Shown here: piece after piece, positions 39,625-52,684 of the stretch | Position numbering within the stretch: position 1 is the first letter of the stretch | How the letters are laid out: each line of letters starts with the position of its first letter | NCBI GenBank assembly: GCA_951406725.2 | Contig: OX597828.1 | Location: forward strand, 5,952,001 to 6,016,000 | Reading direction: 5' to 3' | DNA length: 64,000 nt | From: Octopus vulgaris | Lineage: Eukaryota | Notes under the pieces: generated by a model | Told to the model about the DNA's origin: nothing | Databases searched by the model: none | What the model saw: only the letters and a program-made list of their open reading frames with translations | Translations under genes and position numbers: made by a program

Positions 39625-39860
39625 TTTTATTCTTTTACTTTTTCAGCCAAGTGACTGCGGGCATGCTAGAGTACAGCGTTTAGTTGAACAAATCAACCCC
39701 ACGTCTTATTCTTTGTAAGCCTAGTTGTTATTCTATTGGTGTCTTTTGTCGAACCGCTAATTTACGTGGACGTAAACACACCAACATGTGTTTGTCATCC
39801 TGCAATGGTAGGGTGGCAAACACAGACACACAAATGCATACACACAGACACACAAATGCA
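39622..39860 (-). mobile_element. SINE family B 3' half
   Basis: ttttcagccaagtgactgcgggcatgctagag...ttattctttgtaagcctag...gaaccgctaa...cgtaaacacacc. Confidence 0.8.
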
Positions 39861-39871
39861 TGCGTACATAT

Positions 39872-39926
<55 letters not shown>

Positions 39927-39959
39927 CATACATACATACATACATACATACATACACAG

Positions 39960-40235
39960 ATCTCAGCACAAGGAATACTGGTGGGACGTTATCGTCGAAA
40001 CATCTGTCAAGTGTAAGCATAACAACCCCGATATTGGTGTTTAGGACAACAAGAAAAAAGTATGTAGTGTCATAGAGGTCAACTGTCCTGCTGATGAGAA
40101 TATATCTTTGAAAATCAAAGAGAAAGGAGATAACTATCGACATCTGCTTCCTAGCCTCCCCCTTCTGTATCAGGATACAAAGTTTACATTTATACCAATA
40201 TTAATTGGAGCACTTGGTTTTGTAAGTAAATGCTA
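39960..40235 (+). pseudogene. restriction-like endonuclease fragment of an R4/Dong-type LINE
   Basis: YWWDVIVETSVKCKHNNPDI..IEVNCPADENI..KEKGDNY..FIPILIGALG fits the PD..(D/E)xK RLE signature. Confidence 0.75.
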
Positions 40236-40261
40236 AAGCCAATGTATTTTTTTTTTTTTGC

Positions 40262-40548
40262 TGCTGCTGTTCAGCAAGTGGTGTCTTAGAGCGACTACAC
40301 GACGTGCAAAGGCTGTCTGCACTGATCTCATGCCCCTAACACCTTTATCACTTCTTAGGTAGATTCTGTTGATATCACTATTTTTGTGGAGGTTCCCAGT
40401 CGTTAAAATCTTGAAGATAATTATATCTATGGAGTGGATTTCTTCCACAGATAAGTCAATTATCCCAAATTTTGGAATTAGCACTCGTACCGCAAATACA
40501 TTGTCAGAGAAAATTGTGGAATATAGTTTTGTTGTAAGAGAAGTTCCG
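40262..40548 (-). pseudogene. post-RT fragment of an R4/Dong-type LINE
   Basis: NVFAVRVLIPKFGIIDLSVEEIHSIDI..KILT..LHKNSDINRIYLRSDKGVRGMRS resembles the RLY..R..GGRGL motif region. Confidence 0.75.
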
Positions 40549-40549
40549 A

Positions 40550-40840
40550 AGCAGATCAGGCCGAAAATGTCGCTAGAAGCTAGGATCACCAAGTGTAGAT
40601 TGGCATATTTCGGTCATATTATGCGGAGAAAATCCCTGGAGAAGGACATCATGCTCGGAATGGTCAGTGGCAAGAGAGGAAGAGGCCGACCAAGAACCCG
40701 CTGGCTAGACACCATCAAGTGTGATACCGGAATGGACATAGCCAATCTGAAAGAAGCGGCCCAGGATACAACTGACTGGAGGACACTGATCCAACGAGTG
40801 ACCGAGAGACGGCTTCGACTGAGCGGATAGATAGATAGTA
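40550..40840 (+). pseudogene. RTE/BovB-like LINE 3' end
   Basis: SLEARITKCRLAYFGHIMRRKSLEKDIMLGMVSGKRGRGRPRTRWLD..WR..RVT..R.RL; stop at 40828-40830, then (ATAG)n. Confidence 0.9.
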
Positions 40841-41839
40841 AGAGGAGAGTGTAGACTGCCTATTTATTGACATATATTTATGTTTATATGTATGTATGTG
40901 TATGTGTATGTATTTATATATGTGTGTATGTATGTATGTATGTATGTATGTATGTATGTACGTGTGTGTATGTGTGTATGTATGTACGTGCATATAACGT
41001 AAATGAATAGGAGTTTATAATCCAGGCAAGTGCCTTAACACCATTATGATATAATCCAGATCGGGCTAACCACATATGATAAGAAACATACAAAAATGTT
41101 TGTAGTTATGGATAGGTAAATCCTGAATTCGCTTAATTGCATGGCTGAAGTAAATTGAGAATTGAAGCGTAAGGCAGTCGTGTGTGGGGGATCATAAAAC
41201 ATTAGAGTACATGACAGCGAAGATTGTTTAAAATACGATATGACTATTTTACTGGTCTCAATGAAAGCTAAAATGACCATTTTAAAATTTTAAGTAAGAG
41301 ATTAGATTAAATTAGGTCAGGAGGTATTCATGACACTAACAACACAAATAGGATGACATACTACTTATAATATAAGCCGGCAGATTTAAGAGGAATCGAA
41401 AATACTAAGAGATAATATAGAAATAAATAAATAACCTTTCTATTTGGGTATTTAGACGAGTCCATAGTAATACAATTGTATTGTTATTTTTATATTAGAA
41501 GTGTAGTACTGATTGAGAAGAGTAAAAACTTGAAACTCTAATTATAATTAGTCTCAATCTACGAAACGCCCTACAATTTTGACTTTTATTGTGAAAGTGT
41601 TAAAATCTAAACAGAATAAATTAAAGATTACTGGACTTGGTTAACTTGTGTGCACTTCTGTCGATGTGATATCTGATTAAAAACCCTTATTTGGAAGATG
41701 TTTAAATACTTTTCTGAATGAATTTGCGCATTTCAAAACTTATTCAATTCTGTGAATTAAGAATCTGTAACTAGAGGTAAAAATATTGAATATTTCTTCT
41801 AAGCATAGACTACACTTCTAATTATTTATATTATCTACG

Positions 41840-41995
41840 TAATTGGCTGATATTTGTCCTTATCTTTGTCTTGGGGAAATTTTGAACCTGAGTTCCAAAT
41901 TTCCCCAAGACACGTGATGAATGCTGGAGGTATATCAGCCGAAACGTTGTGTAAACAGCAAACACGATGAGGACAAGTATATGTCAATTGTAAAT
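41840..41995. mobile_element. palindromic Penelope-like element with 46-bp hairpin and minimal hammerhead-like motif
   Basis: Hairpin 41867-41912 (20/21 pairs); ACAC-gTGATGA-at-GCTG-loop-CAGC-C-GAAAC-GTT-GTGT at 41910-41952; outer arms 41841-41868 and ~41962-41990 are also complementary. Confidence 0.75.
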
Positions 41996-42049
41996 AATGT
42001 AAATAATGTACGTAATTCTTCATCTCTTAAATATAGAACTGTACACTTC

Positions 42050-43190
42050 TAATTCCCAATAGTATACAGAGAAATGCTACTAATAATTGCCCATATAATA
42101 TCATATTTAGTGTCCTTATTCTTTAATGCGCAGATGAAGCCACTAAAACTTGTACAGTTAATTTTTGAATAAACAATGGTCGCAAATCGCATAAGTATCA
42201 TGTACCATGGTCATTTGCGCCTGATGGCTGATATCTGGCGTGCAATGTGCATAATGCTGTAGTATTTAGCAGCCATCACCCGATTGGTGATTTCTATCAA
42301 AATGTGGTCAGAAATGAGTGATATCAATTCCTTTTGACTGTCATGTTCCAAATAATGAGCAACTGTTTCTGCATTCTGAATATGTCGCATGTGCTCTGGC
42401 AAAATGGGATCGAACTTAGCAAGCAATTGCACTTCGCCTAAAAAATGTCCATTACCACGGACCTAGAAACTATCGAAAATACCACGAAAGGCCATGTTCC
42501 TCTCAGCTAAAATAGACCAATTGCCAATATACGTTCTAACACTGCATGGTGCGAGCTCTCTCCTTTTCCACTAACGCAATCGCCTGTTTGTCAATAGTTG
42601 AGGCAGTTTTAAGGCGAAATTCATCATGTGGTGCTTATGGTCCATTGATTTCTGTTGTTCTTCTAAGGTCTTACTCAAATATTACCAACTGCTGACACTT
42701 TCAAGTGTTAGTCTCATTTTACTGCGACCAAACTGCTTGCAGCAGAAACAATACCTCGCATCATGCTGAATTGATAATACAAACTACGTACGAAGTAAGT
42801 TTCCCATTTGGTGGCATCTTAGAATAGAAGTCGGAATTGAATCTGAGGTTTTCTTTCGTATTTTTTACTTGAACATCTCCAAGTTTCACAATATTTTCAG
42901 CAATATGTAAAGGTTGTTGACAGCATGCTTCTTATAAGTCCTTCGGAATTCTGTTCCCTGCTTAAAATGTAGTAACCTGCTGTGAATTTGTTGTTGCTCG
43001 GTGTTTCCGTCATTATTTGCTTGCCTGTCCGGGCAGTGGTGCATCGCTATTCGATGATAGTAATGTCGCTGATGTATATGGTATCATAAATTGATCCATG
43101 ATTTCAGCCATACTCTTCCTGTCATTTGCAGCCAGTTTCTCTTATTTTTTGCACTTTTATACACCGGATTCATGCTTTCAAATCGACATC
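42050..43190 (-). pseudogene. hAT (Tip100/ZMYM1-like) transposase fossil
   Basis: LAERNMAFRG, GHFLGEVQLLAKFDPILPEH, HYLEHDSQKELISLIS..AAKYYSIM, PDISH, YCFCCK; many frameshifts. Confidence 0.8.
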
Positions 43191-43829
43191 ACTTGAGATT
43201 TTAAATACAAGATGCTCTATAAAAATACCATGAAATTTATTGCAAAAGATTAATGTAGGATTTACAAATGTTACATATACACGTAATACTTAGGCCTTAA
43301 TCAACAAGTATAAATATATACTTTGGCCTACATGTATTTGCTTATGACAGACAGATATAGGTGATACAGATACAAATACAAGAAACAGGTGTAATGTGTA
43401 TACTTAAGTATAGCTACAAAACATGCATTGAAATATAACTTTTAAAAAGTGTATGACATGTATTAAACCCATTTCTGCCTTTTGTTTCAACTAGCGGGAA
43501 GTTTCATTTATGGAACTTTTTTTTTCATTTCAACTAACTTATTTTCCATACAGTCACCGCGGATGCTTACATTTCGCTACCAAAGAATTCTGTCACTATA
43601 TTTCAGATATTTTAATAAAAACAGCTCTTTATCAAAACTTTAGAACTCGCATATAATTCCATCGTATTAAAACATCAAATCTGAAATCCTTTTTAAATTT
43701 ATGTGAGTAATAAGGATCAGAGTATACGAAGCCTATTTAAATAAGAACCTTCGTGATACAGTGTAATATTTTTACAAGAACTTTTGCAGGTACAATGTAT
43801 TACCATTTTATCTTTTGAGATTTTCAGTT

Positions 43830-44136
43830 AACATAGATTAACGATGTATTGAGAGGAATTCTTTGGAGTTAGAATAATTCACCTGTAGCAACTCTTATTC
43901 AAGGACCTATTGAGTGAGACGGGCTACTATTCTAACTGGGCCCCACCTGCTAGGTCATGCATTGTTTATCTTGATATGAGATCACAATGTCGAGTACATA
44001 TAGTTGTGATGTATGAGCCTAGTGTACCCTTATCAGACAAGTAGTCATGATGGGTATAAAGGGCTTTGTATATTTTACCCCGGTGTTGCATTGATGAGCT
44101 GCACCGCTTTCTCACGCCTTAATAATGATGATGATG

Positions 44137-44200
<64 letters not shown>
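43830..44200 (+). mobile_element. probable retroposon 3' end with (AAT)n tail
   Basis: ~290 bp non-simple block ending ...tttctcacgcctt, then (GAT)n(AAT)n(AAC)n at 44121-44215. Confidence 0.4.
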
Positions 44201-44234
44201 CAACAACAACAACAAAAACAGAAACAACAATAGT

Positions 44235-44418
44235 CATTTCTACTAAAGACTTAAAGCTTGAAATTTGGTGGGAAGTGGTTAGTCGATTACATAGACCCCA
44301 GTACACAATTGCTACTTATTTTATCGACTCCGCAGAATTTGAACTCAGAACGTAAGGACGGACGAAATATCGTTAAGAATTTTGTCCGGCTTGCTAACTA
44401 TTCTGCCAGATCGCTGCT
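44235..44418 (-). mobile_element. SINE family A, diverged copy with internal deletion
   Basis: gtcgattacatagaccccagtac...gaatttgaactcagaacgtaaggacggacgaaata...ttctgccagatcgctgc. Confidence 0.8.
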
Positions 44419-44420
44419 TT

Positions 44421-44458
44421 AACAACAACAAGAATAGCAGCAGCAGCAGCAGTAGTAA

Positions 44459-44547
<89 letters not shown>

Positions 44548-44560
44548 ACAGCAGCAGCAA
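44421..44560. repeat. compound (AAC)(AGC)(TAT)(TAG)n microsatellite
   Basis: Direct reading. Confidence 0.95.
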
Positions 44561-45248
44561 GAGCACAATGGCCGTATAATAGCAATAATATGATGAGTAT
44601 GGAACATTTTCTTTATCATACATTGCTACATTGATTCATCTAGCTCTGGTTTATTAAAGTTCCTGTTTTGCTATACACAGTTGCAATATAATATTTACAG
44701 TCCGCTGAAGTGATAAAATAACGAAAGATAACACAAAACAAAATTTAATTTGGAAAGTAATTTCAAACTTTTACCATCAGACCAGTTTCCGCATGTAACA
44801 CAGACCACTGACGGAAAATAACCCGACTGAGATCTATACAACAGATGACTGGGCCTCATAATTATATTCAAATGTGTTAGAGGAATATTTTGCATGCATG
44901 AAACAAGATATATCTTAAAGAATTTTGAAATACATCAAAATGATTTTGATCTGAAGAGAAACCAGTGTCAGACACATCAGAACATTAACATCTGGTAGGA
45001 AAAAAATAATATCAGACGTAATTTGGTGATAAAATTTACATTATAGACAAAGATATAAGCACCATCCAAGAAAAGCAAGTAAATCAGACAGTGTACGTAT
45101 GTATAATTATGTGCGTGTGTGTATGCGAGTGTGTGTGTGTATGTGTCTGTCTGTCTGTCTTTGTATTTATATTCATCTGATCATATTATATATATATATA
45201 TATATATATATACATACATACATATACATATATAAATACATACATAGG

Positions 45249-45306
<58 letters not shown>

Positions 45307-46891
45307 AACAAATATACATAAACATATATAGGTTTATACACACACATATATATACCTATAATTAGGTGTGTGTATATGTAAATATAAATAACTACATATG
45401 TGGGCATGCCTATTAACATACATGTTTGCATATGTTCATGCATATGTTTGTGCGATTATTCACAAAATAAAGACGCTGTATAGTTGAAGCTTGATTCTCA
45501 GACTGATCTCTCACATGTTGTATCACGTGTTTCTTATTCATCCAAATGCTATAGTCGCCACTGAGACCCGTCTTGTAAATCTTCTGGTCTATTTTGTATT
45601 ATGCTGCGAAAATACCAGAAGTCTGAATGTGCTTATCTTAAGAACTATTCCTTTCTTGGTAACAGGGCCATGCACTGGTCTTGTGCTTATTCCTTACCTC
45701 GTTTATTTAAACCTGCATCCCTCAATGTTTAGTGGAATATTTCAATTTCTTACTAAAATCGATCGCAGATTATCTAATATCGATGGTCAAGATATTGGTT
45801 ACTACATTTCTATGAATTTATCTAATCAAAATCTTCCCATTCGAAGTGAGTTTTTGAAATACATCAGTATTAATGAATATACTGATGATTATCTTTGAAA
45901 TACAGGTGTCAAAATCCTTCCTAAGCATTTATTACCAAGGTAAATAAGAAGAGAGTGAAATATCTTAGCTGTATAATACGACTAGCCATTTACTACGTAG
46001 TGTATGGATTGCACTATAACTTAGAAATGTCCAACCCAACGAGCTTGATTGTATAAAGTGACATTTGTGACACGAGGTTACTGTAGCGTAAAACTGCACA
46101 TCCGATCGAAGGAGGAAGCGCTGTTTCAGCCGTCAGGAAGGGGACAGTTTGGAAAGGAATGAGAATCTAAGGTATTTTTTTTTACACTTTTCTTGTCTTC
46201 ACAAGATTCATAGCATTTTTTTTTCTTTTGTTCAACTAAATATTTTGCAAGTTTTTGACGTTTCTTCTTTCGCAGAACTCCTACATTTTAGTCACTGCTT
46301 TATCATTTTAGTTCAAGACGTCCTTCCGCTTAAAATCACTCCTCGCCTTCATGCTACATTCCCGTTTACGTTATACTCACGCCTGCTCCCGCCTCATCAT
46401 ACCCACGCTTTAATCAGACGCACTTCACGATACTGACACAAACACACATACATACGCACACAAACACACACTTACACACACACACGCACACACGGTCGCG
46501 CGCAACTCCTATTCCCACTAAACTGCGCAACCGCTCTTTGGCAGATATAACACCTCCACACCAAGTACACCACTCCAATATATGCCTGCTTCAAGGTATG
46601 AATACATTCCTCTATACTTGCATGTACATAACTGTTCCTACGCCCTTACACTTTCCACATCTCTTCGTTTTGTACTACCAGGGTTCTCTTTTATATTGTC
46701 CATTGCATGTACATTCATATACATCCATCCGTCCCTCCATCCATCCATCAAGTCATACGAACACACAAATATACATATATATATATGCATACATTCACAC
46801 GCATACACCCAGACACACACGCACACGAAGATATATATGTGCATGTGTGTGTGTGTTTATGTATTGTTTTTATATATGTATGTTTGCTAAG

Positions 46892-46942
<51 letters not shown>

Positions 46943-46964
46943 CGTGTGTGTGTGCGCGTGTGTG

Positions 46965-47092
46965 TTGAACCGTTATTCCCTACAACTTTTTCCCTCACTG
47001 CATGTTTTTCGTTCTCTCTTCCTTCTTTTCCTCCTAAGCCTTTCTGTTGAAGAGCGTAGGCGTGAAACATGAAAGACTTTCCTATTCTTGGA
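46965..47092 (+). mobile_element. short Penelope-like repeat with hammerhead-like motif (family of 2050-2250)
   Basis: cttt-CTGTTGA-AGAGCgtagGCgt-GAAAC-atg-aaag at 47040-47075. Confidence 0.55.
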
Positions 47093-47094
47093 AT

Positions 47095-47835
47095 TAATGT
47101 TGACATTTAGATTAAGCTTTGAACAAAGGAAATCCTTTCCAAAATGCTACTGCAAGAGTGAAAACGCAGATGAAATGCAAAGACAGTTTAGGGGGGAGTT
47201 TCAAACAGATCCACCAACGCGACTTACCATCACTCGAACTAGACAAAAGTTTCAAACCGATGGAACACTTCAGAATGTCCACGAGAAGCGTTCTGGAAAA
47301 CCACGAACATCGACAACCCCAACAAAGTAAGAAGTGCTGGAAACGTATCACCAAAGTCTATGAAAATCTGTGCGGTAAGCGAGTCGTGGGGCATTTCAAA
47401 ATTGTCTGACCAACGCATTTTGGAGAGTTGTCAATGGAAAAGTTACGTTCCAAGATTAGTCCATTTGACGATGATCCAGACCGAAGAGTGCAATATTTCG
47501 AGTGGTACTTGGCACGATGCGTAGAAATTGCACACTTTCAGACAAAGATTGCGTGGGGTGATGAAGCCACATTGAAATTAAATAGCTCAATTAACCTCCT
47601 CAATTGCACCTAGTGGGATCCTGAGAATCCACAAGCTATGGTGGAACACCATGTTAAATTACGAGGAGTTACAATGTGGTGTGGCTTATCATCAAGACTA
47701 CTATGATTGGTCCCGTTTATTTGAACTTGCTGCAACAATCTTTCATGCCAATCATAAGAGAAGACTTTGAAGATGAGGTGTTTTATTTTCAGCACGATGG
47801 AGCACTCCCACGCTACGATCTCATCAAAGAAGTAT
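47095..47835 (+). pseudogene. Tc1/mariner-superfamily transposase fossil (DUF4817-type HTH + DDE)
   Basis: [63 protein letters not shown]; frameshifted. Confidence 0.85.
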
Positions 47836-47875
47836 CTGCACACATGCATTTACAGATCCAAGTATTTATATGACT

Positions 47876-47876
47876 A

Positions 47877-47941
<65 letters not shown>

Positions 47942-47946
47942 CTATT

Positions 47947-48029
<83 letters not shown>

Positions 48030-48068
48030 TTATATATATGCATATATATATATATACACACATTTATA

Positions 48069-48115
<47 letters not shown>

Positions 48116-48116
48116 T

Positions 48117-48147
<31 letters not shown>

Positions 48148-48240
48148 TTATATATATATATATGCATTTATATATACATAGATATATATATGAATATACA
48201 TACATATATATATACATATATATATATGTGTGTGTGTGTA
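47876..48240. repeat. compound (TATC)n/(TC)n/(TA)n microsatellite
   Basis: Direct reading. Confidence 0.95.
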
Positions 48241-50296
48241 TACGTTAAAACCGCCAGACATAATTAGGAATATTGTGTGAGGCATATGTAGGTGTTTATT
48301 GATTAATATGGGTCACTATATTTCTAATTATGGCCGTCGGTAAGTTCTAATTTTATGGACATAAATGATGTCTCGATTCAGCTTCCTACTAATGTATTGT
48401 TGTGTCTAGGAAGTTGGCTATCGTCAAATTAGTGGGAAATGTTATGTTGCATCTAAATTCCTTAAAATTCTTATCTATTATATCTTTCCTAGAATCTGCC
48501 CATAGTTATATCATTCATTAATGAAGATATTTAGATGGCTTCTCTCTAAAACCTTGGACCATGCTGGCCGCTGATTTGAAAGATGTCCATGTAATCCGTT
48601 ACCTCCCCACAATTTTAGCTTCTTTTACGCTCGTCGAATAATTAGTTACCCTCCGCATTGGCTCATTTGAACTTGTCATAGCATAAAAAGATTTCTCAGT
48701 TTTCATAATGTTTTGGCATTAATCTCGCTTCTAGTGGTCATAGTACTCTCAAAATGCAGAGTTTTGTCGAGTTTCAGAATGGTTAAACAGCGTATTGCTC
48801 GTATTTCACTTTCAAGTCACTTCATGATAGAATGTGGGTTTGCTGTTCTACTTTCGCGGTGCTTTAAATGCTTAATTTGACGTTGTCGTGAATACATATA
48901 CTATTGATTTATTTTAAGTTAGTAATGATGTTAATTTGAGGTTGAAATTGATGCTGATAATCGCAAACAGAGCAAAAGCAAATAAAATCCATGCCTACAT
49001 TAAATAGCCGTCTCTTTAGAACACAGATATTACTTTCAAACTGGTTGCGAGCATTAGAGTCGAATTTTTTGAGATCTGCTATATAGCTATTTAAAAACAA
49101 AAATAAAAAATATGGAGAAATTCTTTAGTTTTTGGCAGAAATGACATCAAGGGCACGATTACTACACCTTCAGCTCCTAAGAGACCAAAGGAGTTCGATT
49201 CAAATGCATACTTTAATTTGCAATATCAATACCTAATCCACAAGTGGTCGTGCGGAAAGTAAAATATTCTACTGCGATCTACTGCATCAGCGGGTAAGAG
49301 ATGAAACATAGCTGGTATTCAACCTAGGAAAACGACGGGTATTTTACTGATGTACTTACATGTATGTATATATCACGTATGTATGTGAGTATATACATAT
49401 GTACGTATGTGTGTACGTGTGTGTGTGTATATATATATGTATGTATGCATGCCTGTATGTATGTATAAATGAATGACTACATCAGCACCAAGCAGTGATT
49501 AGGAATAAACTAACATTAGGTTAGATGAATCATGTTTGCGATTTATTTCAAATTGTAAAAAAGTTGCACTTACCATGGAGAAAAATGTATCTCTTATGAT
49601 AAAACGTGTAAAAACACCATATCTCCAAATTACCTTTCATTCTCAGATTTTCAGACGACCGTTCCAGGCATTTTAGCGTTCCGCAATGGGATATCTAATA
49701 GAGATAATACTGGACAGAGTCTAAGCTTGAACTAAGAAACTCAAAATCAGTGTCCCAGTTGCGCTATTCGACCTTTGGATCGCGCTGAATACCACAGCAA
49801 CAAGGCCAAGCAGCTATTAGGAATAAACAAACTTTAGGTTAGTTAAAATATATTTGTGACATATTTTAACTTCTGAATGTGAATTCACTGCAGTTACCGC
49901 GAGAAAATGTCTTTCATATGGTAAAAAAAATGTAAACGCACCGGGACAGGGGCAGTACTGGGCAAATACGGTGCAAGCTCCGTCAGCGCCTAGGCATAGC
50001 CAGATCACAGTTAATTCGGATTTATATTAATGTACTTCAGTGATCCATCTAGCGTTTTGGGTTAAACTCAACTTTCCTTGTCAGTTTATGAATTTATCGT
50101 GGAAATCATACGCTGATTTTCCCTCGTCAGTCATTAAGATGAGGCTCTTCTTGTTGCTATTAGTTGTTTTAAATCTTATTTCTAGCAGTACTGGTGCTGA
50201 CGAGTGCCCTCAGTCACATTAATGACGTATATATTTCTAAATTGTGAACAAACCACCCTTATTATTATACATACATATGTGTATGTGTGTATGTAT

Positions 50297-50457
50297 ACGA
50301 GGGGCTTCTTTCAGTTTCTGTCTATCAAATCCATCCACATGTCTCTGGTTGTCCTGAGACTTTAGTAGAAGACATTTGCACAAGATGTCAGGCAGTGGGA
50401 CCGAACACTACACCATTTAGTTAAGAAGCAAGGAAGCTTCCTACACACACATGCCAT
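50297..50457 (-). mobile_element. SINE family B 5' half
   Basis: acgaggggcttctttcagtttctgtctatcaaatcca...agtagaagacatttgcacaag...gcagtgggaccgaac. Confidence 0.8.
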
Positions 50458-50498
50458 GCATGTATGTATGTATGTATGCATGTATGTATGTATGTATG

Positions 50499-50561
<63 letters not shown>

Positions 50562-51442
50562 TGTGTGTATGTATGTATGTGTGTGTATGACGTATATGCA
50601 TATATGTCATAGAGAGAGAAATAAATAGATAGATACCGATATATATTCATACATATCTTAAGCCATGGAAACACGAAAAGAATCACGTAGGTACACACAC
50701 AAATTCTAAATATTCAAGTGCAAACCGAATATATTAAAAGCGCGATAAGAATATAGATACTTGCGTACGAATGTGTGAATATACGAATGCGATTATATAT
50801 GTGTGTGTGTGCGTGTGTTTGTGTTCGCGTGTATTCTTTCAGTTTATGTTTATTTTATAGTACAAAAACATAAAAAACTCAATATAAGGTTCTATCGGAT
50901 TTTCGTAGAGAATTTTATAACATCATTTATGTTAGATGAACAGAGATAACAAATCCGAGTAGAGGATTTGTGCGCATGCGTCAGCTATGTTTGTAATCGC
51001 TGTTTACAGTTAACGCACCCACGTACAACACATACACACAGAACATAGAGATACGAAGAGACATGCACACACACACACATACGCATACAGAAACATATAC
51101 ATATGTAAACAAATAGAGTCAACAGATAAGATCCAGATATTTTCAATGTAGAAAACAGTAGCGCTCAAAAGAGTTTAAGTTACATCCTGAAGCCTTTTAC
51201 AGAGGACCAAGTCCGCGGTGTAAAAAAGTGGCAATAATTCGAATCCAACGAATCCAGGAGAGCGGATATGGAGATAATTATGTGAATAAGCACATAAAAC
51301 TGCTTGGGTTTGCTATGCAAAATATATATACATATACACACGTATACAGCATGATAATAGAGAGAAATGCAAGATTGAATATTTTCAGACGATGAATATT
51401 CAAGTGTAAGTATATGGATAGAAAGATAGAAAATTAAAGGGG

Positions 51443-52465
51443 ACAAGGCCCGACAGCTGTTTCTGGAGGCTCGGAGTTACTTCGTAATGTTAGCAAATGT
51501 AGTTCACCAAAATATACAGCCAGTAATGGAATGAAATAAACATTGAGTAGATCCAGCATCTGTCATCAGAGTGCAGAGGTGAAAATCTGACATTTCAGAT
51601 CATGATGTAAGGAAATTTAAATGTAGAATGGTGAAGAAATATTTAGCAGAAAGGGTGGTTTTTGTGGAAGGGGTATGTTGCTAGTGCGACTAAGATCTAA
51701 CATTCCTTGTTAAGATTACCGTTGTACCTTCTTCTTAACCAGCACATCTCCATTTGTAGCCATCCCATCATCATATTTTGGATTTTTCCCCACCTACCTT
51801 TAGCTTCCCTTAAACCATAACCACTTAGTATTACCTACAGCTGTCTTCGCTATCAATTTTATCCACCCCTCTCTCCCTCTCTGTCCACCTTCCTCTATTT
51901 ACTCTCATACAATTATACATTCCTCAGTACTTTCCCGCTACCGCCAACCCACCTTCATTCTTCCAATTCTCCCTTCACCACATATTAGCATCTTTAACTG
52001 GATCCTTTCCCCCTCTTTTCTGAGAATCTCGATTTGCCTTAGTTTTATAGCTTTACCATCCCTAAATTTTAGCATCTATTTACAACAAGAAGAACCACCC
52101 TTCAAATACTACCCATCCAACAGGTCCCAGTTATCTCCCACCTCTTCTTTTCTACAACTACACTCAATGTCCTGATCATTCTTGCGTCACATCTTCTTCA
52201 ACCGACTCTCTTGTCTCTTCTAGCCCTCCCTTCCTTCAAAACTCCTCACAGCCCCATCGAACTTTCTATTTCTTCCGTACACAACTGCTGACCATACTCT
52301 TCATGCATTCTACCTTTAAATTTCCCTGTATCATGATCGGAGCTATCAGAGGCCGGATCTATCTAATGTATATATACTTCCATTACTGGTTACATATTTT
52401 TGTGAACTACTTCTTCCAACTTTTTGACGTGACTTTGAGCCTCCAGAAACGTCTATCAGGCTTGT
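51443..52465. mobile_element. ~1-kb element with 160-190-bp terminal inverted repeats and hammerhead-like halves
   Basis: Arms 51443-51630 and 52306-52465 (gtttctggaggctc..gtagttcac..ccagtaatggaa..gatcatgat..ggaaatttaaa.gtagaatg); minus-strand CTGATGA (51569-51563) and GAAACAGCTGTC (51463-51452); pyrimidine-rich interior. Confidence 0.75.
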
Positions 52466-52529
52466 AACACCAGAACGTTTCAGAGATTCCCTACTCTATG
52501 TAGGTTTGCTCTGTTAATATATATACATA

Positions 52530-52684
52530 GTTGGAATTTACAAAACAAAAAAAAAGAGAAAAAGACAAAACAGTTGTATTAGTTTAACGCTCGGGAAGGT
52601 GAGAAAGGCCTTTACGCAAGCCTACAGAGAGAGAATTTTAAAAAAAGCTTAGTGGCTATCGGCCGATTATGGTGATGGCCGGAT
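52530..52684 (-). mobile_element. deleted copy of the 2050-2250 repeat family
   Basis: gtattagtttaacgctcgggaa...ttttacg..agcctac...tagtggc..cg is the reverse complement of parts of 2050-2250. Confidence 0.5.

Noticed and set aside
45491-45898. 135-aa plus-strand ORF
   Set aside because: No recognisable domain; the minus strand has only faint CR1-like traces (IDFSK), insufficient for a call.
48740-49100. Possible hAT/Charlie C-terminal remnants (IECGF; ADLKKFDSNARNQF)
   Set aside because: Fragments are too short and lie on different strands.
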